The notes beneath the pieces were generated by a model. The model saw only the letters and a program-made list of their open reading frames with translations, made no database searches and had not been told where the DNA came from. Positions 49,610 to 58,741 of a stretch of DNA of 64,000 bases are shown piece after piece (the first letter of the stretch is position 1; every line of letters starts with the position of its first letter). Made by a program: the position numbers and the translations under genes. Source of the stretch: Planctomycetota bacterium (lineage in GTDB: Bacteria > Planctomycetota > SZUA-567 > H5-PLA8); contig JBBRPR010000016.1 in assembly GCA_038227875.1 (NCBI GenBank), positions 1-64,000 on the forward strand. The letters run 5' to 3'.

Positions 49610-49812
49610 AATCTCGCGCAAAGACGCAAAGACGCAAAGAACAGCAACGGAATTGGGATTGCTCTGACACTCTCGTCTCGGGCGCGGGCACGCATGTCCG
49701 CGCGCGAGACCAGCAGTGGGCCAATTGGCCCACTGGTCAAAAACAAACAATTGGACCGTCAAAATCAAAGTCCGTTGCCGTTCTTTGCGGCTTCGCGGCT
49801 TTGCGTGAGATT
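49610..49812. repeat. ~200-bp nested palindromic element between convergent genes
   Basis: ~42-bp imperfect terminal IRs of CGCAAAGA units; inner hairpins at 49675-49710 and 49714-49735. Confidence 0.85.
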
Positions 49813-50524
49813 AAAAACCCCGCACGACCGGCCAGACCGCTTTCCACGCCGCCGTCAACGCGGCCGAGGCTGTGTCACTGCGCTTTTTCAGTTCCATCAA
49901 GCGCGCGATGTTGGTCGGACGCTTGAAAATGAAGCGCGTGATTTTTCCCGCGCGTACATTGCCGTCGGCATCGAGAAATTTCGAGACTTCCGACGGAAGT
50001 TCGTCGTCCACCGAATCGCTGACCACGCGTAGCACGAACGGCGTGCATCCGCCGGCTTTTGCAGCCGGAGTGGCGATGGCGAACGATTCCATGTCGACGG
50101 CGACAGCACCGGACGAAATACCGAGCGCCCGTTTGTCTTCGCGGAGGAAGACCGGTTCGCGGACGGAAGTCAGCGGCCCGGCGTGAAATCGGACACCGGC
50201 GGAACTTAGCGCGGCGGTGATCTTGCCCACCAGCGTGGCATCGACATTGATTTTTTCGACGGAATCGCCACGCAGAATTTCCGTCGCGACGATGATGTCG
50301 CCGACTTCAACTCCGTCTTTCAAGCCGCCGCAAAAACCGGTCGAGCAGACGAATTTCGCGCTGGCGAAATCAAGCCCGGCAACCGCGCGGGAGGCTGAAT
50401 CCGGACCGACGCCGCCACGGATCAAGTTCGCGCGAGAGTGCTCGGAAGGTGAAATGCCTCTGCCAACGGCGGCCAATTCGTCGCGAATTGCGCCAATGAT
50501 AATCACGGAGGGAAGGTCGGGCAT
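49811..50524 (-). CDS. Nucleoside phosphorylase/nucleosidase family (HpnG-like)
   Basis: STGFCGGL, AVAVDMES, LRVVSD; near hpnA. Confidence 0.82.
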   Translation of the reverse strand: MPDLPSVIIIGAIRDELAAVGRGISPSEHSRANLIRGGVGPDSASRAVAGLDFASAKFVCSTGFCGGLKDGVEVGDIIVATEILRGDSVEKINVDATLVGKITAALSSAGVRFHAGPLTSVREPVFLREDKRALGISSGAVAVDMESFAIATPAAKAGGCTPFVLRVVSDSVDDELPSEVSKFLDADGNVRAGKITRFIFKRPTNIARLMELKKRSDTASAALTAAWKAVWPVVRGF

Positions 50525-50629
50525 GGACGCACCTTTTACCAGATAGCTATAGAGCAGCACAGAAGGATTCACAGCATCAATCAGAAAGTTCACCGATAAC
50601 CTATTTGTTCAAATTCCATCAGCGGTTCC

Positions 50630-50645
50630 CGGCGTGCAACTTGCA
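50630..50645 (+). promoter_or_regulatory. Candidate sigma-54 promoter
   Basis: CGGCGT-N5-TTGCA, ~100 nt upstream of the response regulator. Confidence 0.45.
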
Positions 50646-50743
50646 ATGCTCCTATGTCCTGCTGTCGCATTAACTTTCCAACTTCTGGCCCTTGTTTTGT
50701 GCTACTTACGCGGCCAGACCATCGCATCTGCGGAGCAGGAACA

Positions 50744-51184
50744 ATGGAATCTCAATCCCGGGAAACGTCCAAACGGCCCGCTCGAATTCTAATCGTGGAG
50801 GATGATCCGGGTGTCAGCTATGCCGTCTCGCGCTGGATGCAGGAACAGAACGTCAAATCGGTGATCGCCGAATCGACGCAGGAAGCGTTGGACATGCTCC
50901 GCGACGTGGTGTTCATCGAGGCCACGTTCGACGGCTTACTGGTCGACTACAACCTCCCCGATGCCACCGGCATGCGCGTGATCCAGGAATTCCGCGACGA
51001 GTTTCCGAACATGCCCGTCGCGCTGATGACCGGCAACGTCAACATCTACATGGAACTCTGGCTGCGCGCTCGCAAGATTCCGCTCTTCCGCAAGCCGCTC
51101 GAACTGGTCTCACTTCAGGCCTGGGTCGAGGCGCTGAAACCGTCGGCAGTGAAAGCCAGTTCGCCGCCGCCCGCGGCCACCTAA
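50744..51184 (+). CDS. Single-domain response regulator
   Basis: ILIVEDD, LVDYNLPD, MTG, KP. Confidence 0.9.
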   Translation: MESQSRETSKRPARILIVEDDPGVSYAVSRWMQEQNVKSVIAESTQEALDMLRDVVFIEATFDGLLVDYNLPDATGMRVIQEFRDEFPNMPVALMTGNVNIYMELWLRARKIPLFRKPLELVSLQAWVEALKPSAVKASSPPPAAT

Positions 51185-52158
51185 ACGTATTTGTTTTCGC
51201 GGTACCACGCGACGGCCCGAGCCAGAGCTTCTTCGGGCGGCGTTTGCTTCAATCCCAATTCCTTCACGGCCTTCGCGCAGTCGACCCACATCCGTTTCTT
51301 GGCCATGCGCACGCCTTCCAGCGAGATCGTCGGCGTCTTGCCCAGCATCAGTGAAATCTTGGTGTTGAACCAGCCGCCCATGTACGCGAAGGCGTAGGGC
51401 ACATGCATCGTCGGCGCGGACTGGCCGGAGATTTTTCCGAGCGCCTGGCAGATTTCCATCAGCGTCATGTTTTTGCAGCCGAGGATGTAGCGTTCGCCGA
51501 TCTTACCTTTATCGGCGGCGAGCAGATGGCCTTCGGCGCAATCGCGGACGTCGATCAGATTCAATCCGGTGTCGATGACCGCGGGCATCTTGCGCTTCAG
51601 GAAGCGGACGACCATTTCGCCTGTCGGCGTGGGCTTGTTATCCAACTCGCCGATCGGCGCGGTCGGATTGACAATAACCACCGGCAAGCCCTTCGCCGCG
51701 AGTTCCCGTGCGACCTGCTCGGCCTGAAATTTCGTGCGCTTGTATGTGCCGACCATCAGGTCCAGCGAGACCGGCGTCTCCTCCGTGCCCAGCCCATCTT
51801 TGATGAATCCGATGCAGCCGACCGTCGAGGTGTAGACGATGCGCTTCACGCCCGCGGAGCCGGCGGCTTCGAGCAGATCGCGCGTGCCTTCGACGTTCGA
51901 TTTGTACACTTCCGTCGGATCGGAGACGTCGAAGCGATAATCGGCAGCCACATGGTAGAGACCGGAGCAACCTTTGACCGCCGCGTCCAGCGACGCCCGG
52001 TCGCGCAGGTCGCCCTGCACCGTTTCGAATTTCAAATCAGAGAGCCACGACAGATTACTGGTCTTACGCACCAGCAATCGTACGGCTTCTCCGCGTTTGA
52101 TCAGGGCGCGCGCAACGTGGTTGCCGACGAACCCGGTGGCACCGGTGACGAGTATCAT
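51181..52158 (-). CDS. hpnA: Hopanoid-associated sugar epimerase
   Basis: VTGATGFVG, HVAADYR, YKRTKF, VNPTAPIG..KPTPTG, TGLN. Confidence 0.88.
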   Translation of the reverse strand: MILVTGATGFVGNHVARALIKRGEAVRLLVRKTSNLSWLSDLKFETVQGDLRDRASLDAAVKGCSGLYHVAADYRFDVSDPTEVYKSNVEGTRDLLEAAGSAGVKRIVYTSTVGCIGFIKDGLGTEETPVSLDLMVGTYKRTKFQAEQVARELAAKGLPVVIVNPTAPIGELDNKPTPTGEMVVRFLKRKMPAVIDTGLNLIDVRDCAEGHLLAADKGKIGERYILGCKNMTLMEICQALGKISGQSAPTMHVPYAFAYMGGWFNTKISLMLGKTPTISLEGVRMAKKRMWVDCAKAVKELGLKQTPPEEALARAVAWYRENKYV

Positions 52159-52179
52159 GAGAGGAAGACGGTTACCCGA

Positions 52180-52206
52180 AAAATCGAAAATGGGAAATGG
52201 AAATTG
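52180..52206. repeat. Heptamer tandem repeat (AAAATGG-like)
   Basis: 4 imperfect units. Confidence 0.6.
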
Positions 52207-52236
52207 CAGTTGCTCCGGTTGCGTTTGCGACGCGGA

Positions 52237-53820
52237 CTACAAACTGCGCATCGTTTCGCGCCAAACGCTTTTCAACGCATCGCCTACTGCTCCACCGGTG
52301 TCGATCATACAAACGGCGTCGAACCCTTCGTCCGTCGTCGGCGCTTCGAATCCCGCGAGCTGCTCACGGGCGACGGCGAGATCGGCTTCCGAGCCGTGAA
52401 GTTCGCCGGACGTCGTTCGCGCTGAGATGTGTTCCGCGATTTTTTCGGCCGGACAGTTTGCCCAGATCAAAATCGCGCGCGCTCCGCAGCGCTTCGCCAC
52501 CTGAAGCGGCTGCGCGCGCGTCGCTTTGCGGGTGTAGGTACCATCGAGGACAATCGCACGCTTTTCCCCGAGCGCCTTCGCCGCGCGCTCGTGAAGTGCT
52601 TCATACACGCGTTGGGATACAGCCGGCGCGTAGCGTTCGGCCGCGGGAGTGCCGCGCGGCACGATCTCATCGCGGACGAAATCCGTGGCGGCGTGTTCGC
52701 ATTTCAAGCGTGACGCCAGAGAACGGGCGAGGGAGCTTTTTCCCGAACCGGCGACGCCGCAGAAGACGAAGAGTATCGGCTGGTTCTTAATCGCGTAGCG
52801 CACGCAGAGATCGAAAAGCATCCGCGCCTGCTCGCGCGATTTCGCGCGCTGCGCTTCCGCGACGTGAACATCGGCCTGAATCCACGCCGCGACCTTCCCT
52901 TTAATGAACGCGCGGTAGCCGAGATAAAAATCGAACAGCTCCGCCGGCATCTTTGGGTCGCAGCGCTTCATGTAGCGATGGAGTAGTGCGGCGCTCAAGT
53001 CTTCGCGGCCGCGCGAATCGAGATCCATCGCCAGGTATGCGACGTCCAGCGCGCTGTCGACAATGCGGAAGCGGTCGTTGAATTCGATGCAGTCGAAGAG
53101 TAGCGGCGGCGCGTTTTCCGGCAGACAGATGTTCTCTGCGCGCAAGTCGCCGTGGCCGTCGACCACGAATCCGTCGCTCGCGCGCCGCCGGATTTCGTCG
53201 GCGTGGTTGGCGAGGTAGCGGTTGGCGCGCCGGGCGATCAACTGCAGCGCTTCCGGCGCGAGAATCGCGGAATCGAGCTCCTTGCCTTCGCGCAGGTTTT
53301 CTTCCACGTTGCCGCGCACCGATTCCAGATCGCCGAGGCCGCCCGGTGGAATCGTACCGCGCTGCGTGAGATAAAATGGCGCGAGCACCTCGGCCATCGC
53401 TTCCGCGTCCCTGGTCGTGACGCGATGTTTGTTCAGCAGATCATCGAGCATCCGGTCGGCCGGCAGCCGGCGCATCCAGACGCACCAATCGATGACTTCG
53501 CCGGCTGGTGGCGTTTTCGCGTCGGTCTGGATTTGCGCGGAGCCGTCGGCAGTTTTCAGAACAGGAATTAGGCCGCGATAAAGATCCGGGCAGAGACGGC
53601 TGTTGAGCGTGATCTCGCGATCGCACGCCCAGCGGCGCTGTTCCAGCGTCGTGAAATCGAGGAAGTCGAACTTCACGTGCTTCTTCAATTTGAATGCGTA
53701 CGAGCGCATGAGGTAGATCCAGCCGATGTGCGTCTGCAGCAATTCGACCGGCCCTTCAGCGGCGTCGAGGCCGAAGGCTTCGGGATTGAGCGGCAGGGCG
53801 CCGGCTTGTGGAGAGCTCAT
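52237..53820 (-). CDS. Bifunctional aminoglycoside phosphotransferase-like / AAA_33 kinase
   Basis: QTHIG, HGDLRAENI, FDCIEFNDRFR, GVAGSGKS. Confidence 0.9.
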   Translation of the reverse strand: MSSPQAGALPLNPEAFGLDAAEGPVELLQTHIGWIYLMRSYAFKLKKHVKFDFLDFTTLEQRRWACDREITLNSRLCPDLYRGLIPVLKTADGSAQIQTDAKTPPAGEVIDWCVWMRRLPADRMLDDLLNKHRVTTRDAEAMAEVLAPFYLTQRGTIPPGGLGDLESVRGNVEENLREGKELDSAILAPEALQLIARRANRYLANHADEIRRRASDGFVVDGHGDLRAENICLPENAPPLLFDCIEFNDRFRIVDSALDVAYLAMDLDSRGREDLSAALLHRYMKRCDPKMPAELFDFYLGYRAFIKGKVAAWIQADVHVAEAQRAKSREQARMLFDLCVRYAIKNQPILFVFCGVAGSGKSSLARSLASRLKCEHAATDFVRDEIVPRGTPAAERYAPAVSQRVYEALHERAAKALGEKRAIVLDGTYTRKATRAQPLQVAKRCGARAILIWANCPAEKIAEHISARTTSGELHGSEADLAVAREQLAGFEAPTTDEGFDAVCMIDTGGAVGDALKSVWRETMRSL

Positions 53821-53929
53821 GCAAACATTCTACGCACCATCGGGCAACTTGCGAAAGGCTAATGCTATGCCGATATCCGGACGAAAACGCAAAAGGATTC
53901 GAAATTCCGTGAAGTTTCACTCTAAAAAT

Positions 53930-53958
53930 TTGACAGGTTGAATTTTGAAGGGTAAGTT
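53930..53958 (+). promoter_or_regulatory. Sigma-70 promoter
   Basis: TTGACA-N17-TAAGTT. Confidence 0.75.
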
Positions 53959-53996
53959 TCGGCATCGATTTTCCGTGCGCTTCGGAACACGAGTAC

Positions 53997-54134
53997 ATGC
54001 AAACGCCACACATCATTCTTCTGCAGCAAAGCAAGGGTTTGTCCTCGGCAACCCGTGCGATCGATCGTGCCTCCCGGCTTTGGGCGTATTTGAAGTTTGC
54101 GCGTCCGCAGGTTCGTGGAGGTCTGGCACCGTAG
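53997..54134 (+). CDS. Putative 45-aa leader peptide
   Basis: MQTPHIILLQQSKGLSSATRAIDRASRLWAYLKFARPQVRGGLAP* between promoter and terminator; weak RBS. Confidence 0.5.
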   Translation: MQTPHIILLQQSKGLSSATRAIDRASRLWAYLKFARPQVRGGLAP

Positions 54135-54159
54135 GTCGGTCTTAAACGTGTTTGCGTTT

Positions 54160-54197
54160 AAACCTTCCTGGGTGCGAGCCCCGGAAGGTTTTTTTTT
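54160..54197 (+). terminator. Leader terminator upstream of ABC transporter
   Basis: AAACCTTCC...GGAAGGTTT stem, run of 9 T, 34 nt before the ATG. Confidence 0.88.
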
Positions 54198-54231
54198 GCA
54201 CCGATCAAATTCTTGAAGAAGGGGAAGCGTC

Positions 54232-56514
54232 ATGTCCAGTCAGACTCTTGCTGACGACCGCGCGATTATCGAGACGTATCTCGAGCAGCCGTCTCAGTTG
54301 CCCCGCGACCTGCGCAGCCGCATCGAAGCGCAATGGGGCGGCGGCCCGGTTCAACTTTACGCTCTGGCCGACCTCGACGCGTCCATGAATCTGGCGCAGA
54401 CGTGGGTGGCACTCGGGCCCAAACACATCGCACTCGCGACCAGCGACGGCCAAATCCGCGCGTTCGAACGCTCACGCATCAAAGCGGTTCGCAAAAGTCC
54501 GGGCTTGAGCTGCACGACCGTCACGTTTCAAGACGCGCCGGGCGAACCTGCCGTCGCGGTCATCCGCTACACGCACCGGCAGCGGCGCGCGATGGAAAAT
54601 CTGCAGTACGTCATCGAGCAGCAACTGAAAGGCGCGCCAGATCCTGAAGGCGATGCCGACGGCATCTATTCCAGTTCAGTCGCACACGCGATCAAGGAAG
54701 CGCAGTCTTCCGTAACGAAGAACAAACTCGCGGTGCTGTGGCGATTGACGGCCTACTTGAAGCCGTACCGTGTTCGCATGGGGTGGGGGATGGCCGGCGC
54801 GACGCTGATGACCTTGATCAGCCTCATCCCGCCATACCTCACCGGCTACATGCTCGACAAGGTCATCCGACCCTACGAAGCGGGAACGTTGCCGCAGGAC
54901 GCGGCCGTTCACATCGGCTGGCTGCTGATCGCCGGCATCGCGGCGACGTACCTGATCCGTGAAGTGTTCGTCTGCGTCCGGTTGAGGACGCTGGCGATGC
55001 TTGGCGAGTTCGTCGCGCTGGACATCCGCACGGAGCTCTACGAACATCTGCAGACGCTGAGTCTCAACTTCTTCTCGAGCAAACGCACGGGAAGCTTGAT
55101 CAGCCGCGTGACGTCGGACACCGACCGGCTCTGGGAATTCCTGGCCTTCGGCGTGGTCGAAGTGGTGCTCTCCGGCGTAATGCTGATCGGTCTGGGGTGC
55201 GTGTTGATCAGCCTCGACTGGCGGCTGGGCTTGATGATGGCGCTGCCGGTGCCCGCACTTTTCTACGCGATCTACTGGCATGGGCAGAGCATGCAGCGAA
55301 TTTTTCTGCGGGCGTGGCGGAAGTGGTCGCGTGTGACCGACGTGCTCTCCGACACGATCCCCGGCGTGCGCGTGGTCAAGGCGTTCCATCAGGAAGATCA
55401 GGAGAAGAAACGCTTCGCCGTTCGCAACACGGATGTAACCGAAGAGTTCAACAACATCCACGCGTCATGGACCACGTTCTGGCCGATCTTGATGCTGGCG
55501 ATTCATCTGCTCTTTATCGGCGTCTGGATGTTCGGCCTGCCGCGCGTGCTCCACGCGGGCACGCCGGGCTGGGCGCCGCTGACGTCGGGAACATTCGTCT
55601 CGTTCCTGCTCTATTCGACGATGTTCGGTCAGCCGATCGAAGTGATCGGCCAGACGGCGCGCATGATGAATCGCGCGACGAGCTCCGCGTATCGCATCTT
55701 CGAAGTGCTCGACACCCGGCCGGAGATCAAGGAATCGGCCGACGCGATCAAGCTCAGTCCTGTGCGAGGCGCAGTGCAGTTTGAGAACGTGACGTTCGCC
55801 TACGACGGCGTGCGGCAGATTCTGAAAGGCGTGTCATTCGATGTTCAGCCCGGCGAGATGATCGGACTCGTCGGGCCATCAGGCGCCGGGAAAACAACGA
55901 TAACCAATCTGCTCGTCCGGTTTTTCGAAGCGACCGGCGGGACGATCAAGATCGACGGCGTGAATTTGAAGGACCTGGACACCGGGCATTTCCGGCAGCA
56001 GGTCGGGATGGTGCTGCAGGATCCGTACCTCTTTCACGGCACGATCCTGGAGAACATCCGCTACGGCCTGCCTGCGGCGAATCTGCCGGAAGTGATCGCG
56101 GCGGCGAAAGCGGCCAACGCGCACGACTTCATCTGCAAGCTGCCGTACGGTTACGACACGCTGGTGGGTGAACGCGGGCACACGCTCTCCGGCGGCGAGC
56201 GGCAGCGGGTCTCGATTGCTCGGGCGGTGCTGACCAATCCGCGGATTCTGATTCTCGACGAAGCGACCAGCAGCGTCGACACGGAGACCGAGCGGAAAAT
56301 TCAACAGGCGCTCGACCGCTTGATCGCCGGCAGAACCGTCTTCGCCATCGCGCACCGGCTCTCGACGCTGAAACGCGCCAGCCGCCTGTTCGTGATCGAA
56401 GATGGAAAACTCGCCGAAGAAGGTACGCACAGTGAACTTCTGGCGAAAGAAGACGGCATCTACCGGAAGCTCCACAACCTGCAGCAGGAGCTGCACGAAA
56501 TGTACGCGGTCTAA
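54232..56514 (+). CDS. ABC exporter (N-terminal extra domain + TMD + NBD), DUF1854-associated type
   Basis: GPSGAGKT, LSGGERQR, LDEATSSVD, IAHRLST. Confidence 0.93.
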   Translation: MSSQTLADDRAIIETYLEQPSQLPRDLRSRIEAQWGGGPVQLYALADLDASMNLAQTWVALGPKHIALATSDGQIRAFERSRIKAVRKSPGLSCTTVTFQDAPGEPAVAVIRYTHRQRRAMENLQYVIEQQLKGAPDPEGDADGIYSSSVAHAIKEAQSSVTKNKLAVLWRLTAYLKPYRVRMGWGMAGATLMTLISLIPPYLTGYMLDKVIRPYEAGTLPQDAAVHIGWLLIAGIAATYLIREVFVCVRLRTLAMLGEFVALDIRTELYEHLQTLSLNFFSSKRTGSLISRVTSDTDRLWEFLAFGVVEVVLSGVMLIGLGCVLISLDWRLGLMMALPVPALFYAIYWHGQSMQRIFLRAWRKWSRVTDVLSDTIPGVRVVKAFHQEDQEKKRFAVRNTDVTEEFNNIHASWTTFWPILMLAIHLLFIGVWMFGLPRVLHAGTPGWAPLTSGTFVSFLLYSTMFGQPIEVIGQTARMMNRATSSAYRIFEVLDTRPEIKESADAIKLSPVRGAVQFENVTFAYDGVRQILKGVSFDVQPGEMIGLVGPSGAGKTTITNLLVRFFEATGGTIKIDGVNLKDLDTGHFRQQVGMVLQDPYLFHGTILENIRYGLPAANLPEVIAAAKAANAHDFICKLPYGYDTLVGERGHTLSGGERQRVSIARAVLTNPRILILDEATSSVDTETERKIQQALDRLIAGRTVFAIAHRLSTLKRASRLFVIEDGKLAEEGTHSELLAKEDGIYRKLHNLQQELHEMYAV

Positions 56515-56518
56515 CGGA

Positions 56519-56556
56519 AGGGGTCAGGGGTCAGGGGCCAGAACAGCGAACAGCAG
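56519..56556. repeat. Heptamer tandem repeats (AGGGGTC, GAACAGC)
   Basis: Direct reading. Confidence 0.75.
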
Positions 56557-56573
56557 AAAAAAGGAGAGGGAAA

Positions 56574-57101
56574 ATGCCTGTACTTGAAGCCATGGCGCCA
56601 CGGCGGGATTCACGCCGGGCGCAGACGAACTCCGAGCATTGTACCGCGCTGTCCGTCGGGCGAACGCCGGACGGGCAGCTTGCGGCGAGCAAGGACGGCG
56701 TGACCACGCCCGTCCGCGTCTGCCGCTGTTTTCCGTGGAGCGAACCGGCGAAGTTTATTTCGTTGCGCGATGAGAAAGAAAATGAAATCGCGCTGATTGA
56801 AAAACTCGCCGACCTCGATCCGAAATCGCGCGCCATCGTCGAAGTCGCTCTGGCCGAAGCCGGATTCGTGCTCCAGATCGAACGCATCGAAGCGGCGGAA
56901 GAAGTGTTCGAAATCCGTGCGTGGAAAGTTCAGACCAAGCAGGGGCCGCGCACGTTTCAGACCGCGCTCGACGAGTGGCCGCGCGAAATCTCCAGCGGTG
57001 GTTACCTGGTCCGCGACATCTCCGGCGATCTGTTCCACATCGCCAATCCGGAAGGGATGGACGACAAGAGCCAGAAGATTCTCTGGTCGATGGTGGATTA
57101 G
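56574..57101 (+). CDS. DUF1854 family protein
   Basis: RCFPWSEPAKFISL, WKVQTKQGPRTF, MDDKSQKIL. Confidence 0.82.
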   Translation: MPVLEAMAPRRDSRRAQTNSEHCTALSVGRTPDGQLAASKDGVTTPVRVCRCFPWSEPAKFISLRDEKENEIALIEKLADLDPKSRAIVEVALAEAGFVLQIERIEAAEEVFEIRAWKVQTKQGPRTFQTALDEWPREISSGGYLVRDISGDLFHIANPEGMDDKSQKILWSMVD

Positions 57102-57137
57102 TTCTGACTCATTCCAATTCTAAAGAGGAGCGATGCG

Positions 57138-57908
57138 ATGAACGCGTATCACAAAGCCAATCAGATTCGCTGGGAACACGCCTCCGCGAGCTGGGCGCGC
57201 GGCGCCGAAAGCCGCGGGCTCTGGCGATCGGCGTACAGCAACTCCGCCGCGGTATTGCTGGCGGAGGAACTGGCGATCCTCGGCGACATCCGCGGGAAGT
57301 CTGTCTGCGTGCTGGGCAGCGGCGATAATCAGGCGGTCTTTGCGTTCGCCGGTCTGGGCGCAGTGGTGACGTCTGTCGACATCTCACAGAAGCAACTGGA
57401 TGTCGCGAGGCAACGCGCGGAGACCCTTCGCGCATCCGTCAAGTTTGTCTGCGCCGATGTCAGCAATTTGAAGGCGATCGCTGCGAACTCGTTCGACATA
57501 GTCTACACCGGAGGACACGTGGCGGTGTGGGTCTCGGAACTCGCAAAGTACTACGCCGAAGCCACGCGTATACTCAAATCTGGCGGACTGTTTCTGATCA
57601 ACGAGTATCATCCGTTCAGGCGGCTCTGGCGCGATGCGGCGCCGAAACTGGAACTGCAGTACGGCTACTTCGAGCGCGGGCCGCACGCGCACGATTACAC
57701 CGACGACATCCTCGTTCGCAAACCCGGGTCGTTGCGCTGTTATGAATTTCACTGGACGGTCAGCGATTTCATGACGGCCGTGTTGAAAGCCGGCAACGAA
57801 ATTGTAGCCGTTCACGAAGTCGGCGACGAAAATGAAGGCTGGGAATCCACACCCATGAAAGGCCTGCCGCAGTGTCTCGTGATCGCGTCGCGAAAGAGGA
57901 ACGCATGA
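57138..57908 (+). CDS. Class I SAM methyltransferase
   Basis: VCVLGSGD, VDIS, FDIVY, LKSGG, EYHP. Confidence 0.9.
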   Translation: MNAYHKANQIRWEHASASWARGAESRGLWRSAYSNSAAVLLAEELAILGDIRGKSVCVLGSGDNQAVFAFAGLGAVVTSVDISQKQLDVARQRAETLRASVKFVCADVSNLKAIAANSFDIVYTGGHVAVWVSELAKYYAEATRILKSGGLFLINEYHPFRRLWRDAAPKLELQYGYFERGPHAHDYTDDILVRKPGSLRCYEFHWTVSDFMTAVLKAGNEIVAVHEVGDENEGWESTPMKGLPQCLVIASRKRNA

Positions 57909-58693
57909 ACATCCCGCTCTACCAGGTCGATTCGTTTTCGCGGACGGTCTTCGGCGGCAATCCGGCCGCGGTCTGTCCGTTGGAACGGTGGCTAACCGAC
58001 GCGCAGATGCAATCAATCGCGCTGGAGAACAATCTCTCGGAAACGGCTTTTCTCGTCGGCAACAACGGCACATACGACCTGCGTTGGTTCACGCCCACGC
58101 GGGAAGTGGACCTCTGCGGACACGCCACGCTGGCCAGCGCGTACGTCGTCTGTACATATCTCGAAGCTGCGAGCAAGCAGGTAGCATTCAGCACACGCAG
58201 TGGAATTTTAAACGTCCGCCGCGACGGCGACTTGTTCGTCATGGACTTTCCCGCGCGACCGAAAGAAACCGTTGCCGCGCCACCCGCGCTGGCACAGTCT
58301 CTCGGCGCGGTGCCGCGGGAAATTTACTGGTCGGTCGATCGGTTCCTGGCTGTTTTTGATTCCGAAAAAGACGTGCGCGCTCTTGCGCCGGACTTTTCAC
58401 GCATGGCGACGTTGTCGGGAAGTATTGGCGTTATCGTCACGGCTAAAGGCAGCGGCGAGACGGATTTTGTTTCTCGCTTTTTTGCTCCGCAATCGGGCAT
58501 TCCGGAAGATCCCGTCACCGGCTCTGCCCATTGCACGCTTATTCCATTCTGGTCACAGCGACTGGGAAAGACGCGCCTGTACGCGCGGCAAGTTTCCGCT
58601 CGCGGCGGAGAGTTGTTTTGCGAATTGCATGGCGCGCGCGTGGATATCGCCGGTTACGTCGCTCCTTATTTACAGGGCACCATTAACTTGTAG
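57905..58693 (+). CDS. PhzF family isomerase
   Basis: GNPAAV, NLSETAF, EVDLCGHATL, EDPVTGSAHC; ATGA overlap. Confidence 0.93.
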   Translation: MNIPLYQVDSFSRTVFGGNPAAVCPLERWLTDAQMQSIALENNLSETAFLVGNNGTYDLRWFTPTREVDLCGHATLASAYVVCTYLEAASKQVAFSTRSGILNVRRDGDLFVMDFPARPKETVAAPPALAQSLGAVPREIYWSVDRFLAVFDSEKDVRALAPDFSRMATLSGSIGVIVTAKGSGETDFVSRFFAPQSGIPEDPVTGSAHCTLIPFWSQRLGKTRLYARQVSARGGELFCELHGARVDIAGYVAPYLQGTINL

Positions 58694-58741
58694 TTGTTGG
58701 ACTTTTTGGCACACTGGCCTTCCTCGGAGCGCTGAAACACC

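Noticed and set aside
53960..54200. Known metabolite riboswitch aptamer
   Set aside because: No consensus I recognise (TPP, SAM, cobalamin, FMN, c-di-GMP); kept as a uORF attenuator pending an Rfam scan.
57138..58693. Phenazine biosynthesis cluster
   Set aside because: Only a lone PhzF homologue; no phzA/B/D/E/G, and the DAHP synthase is class I rather than PhzC type.
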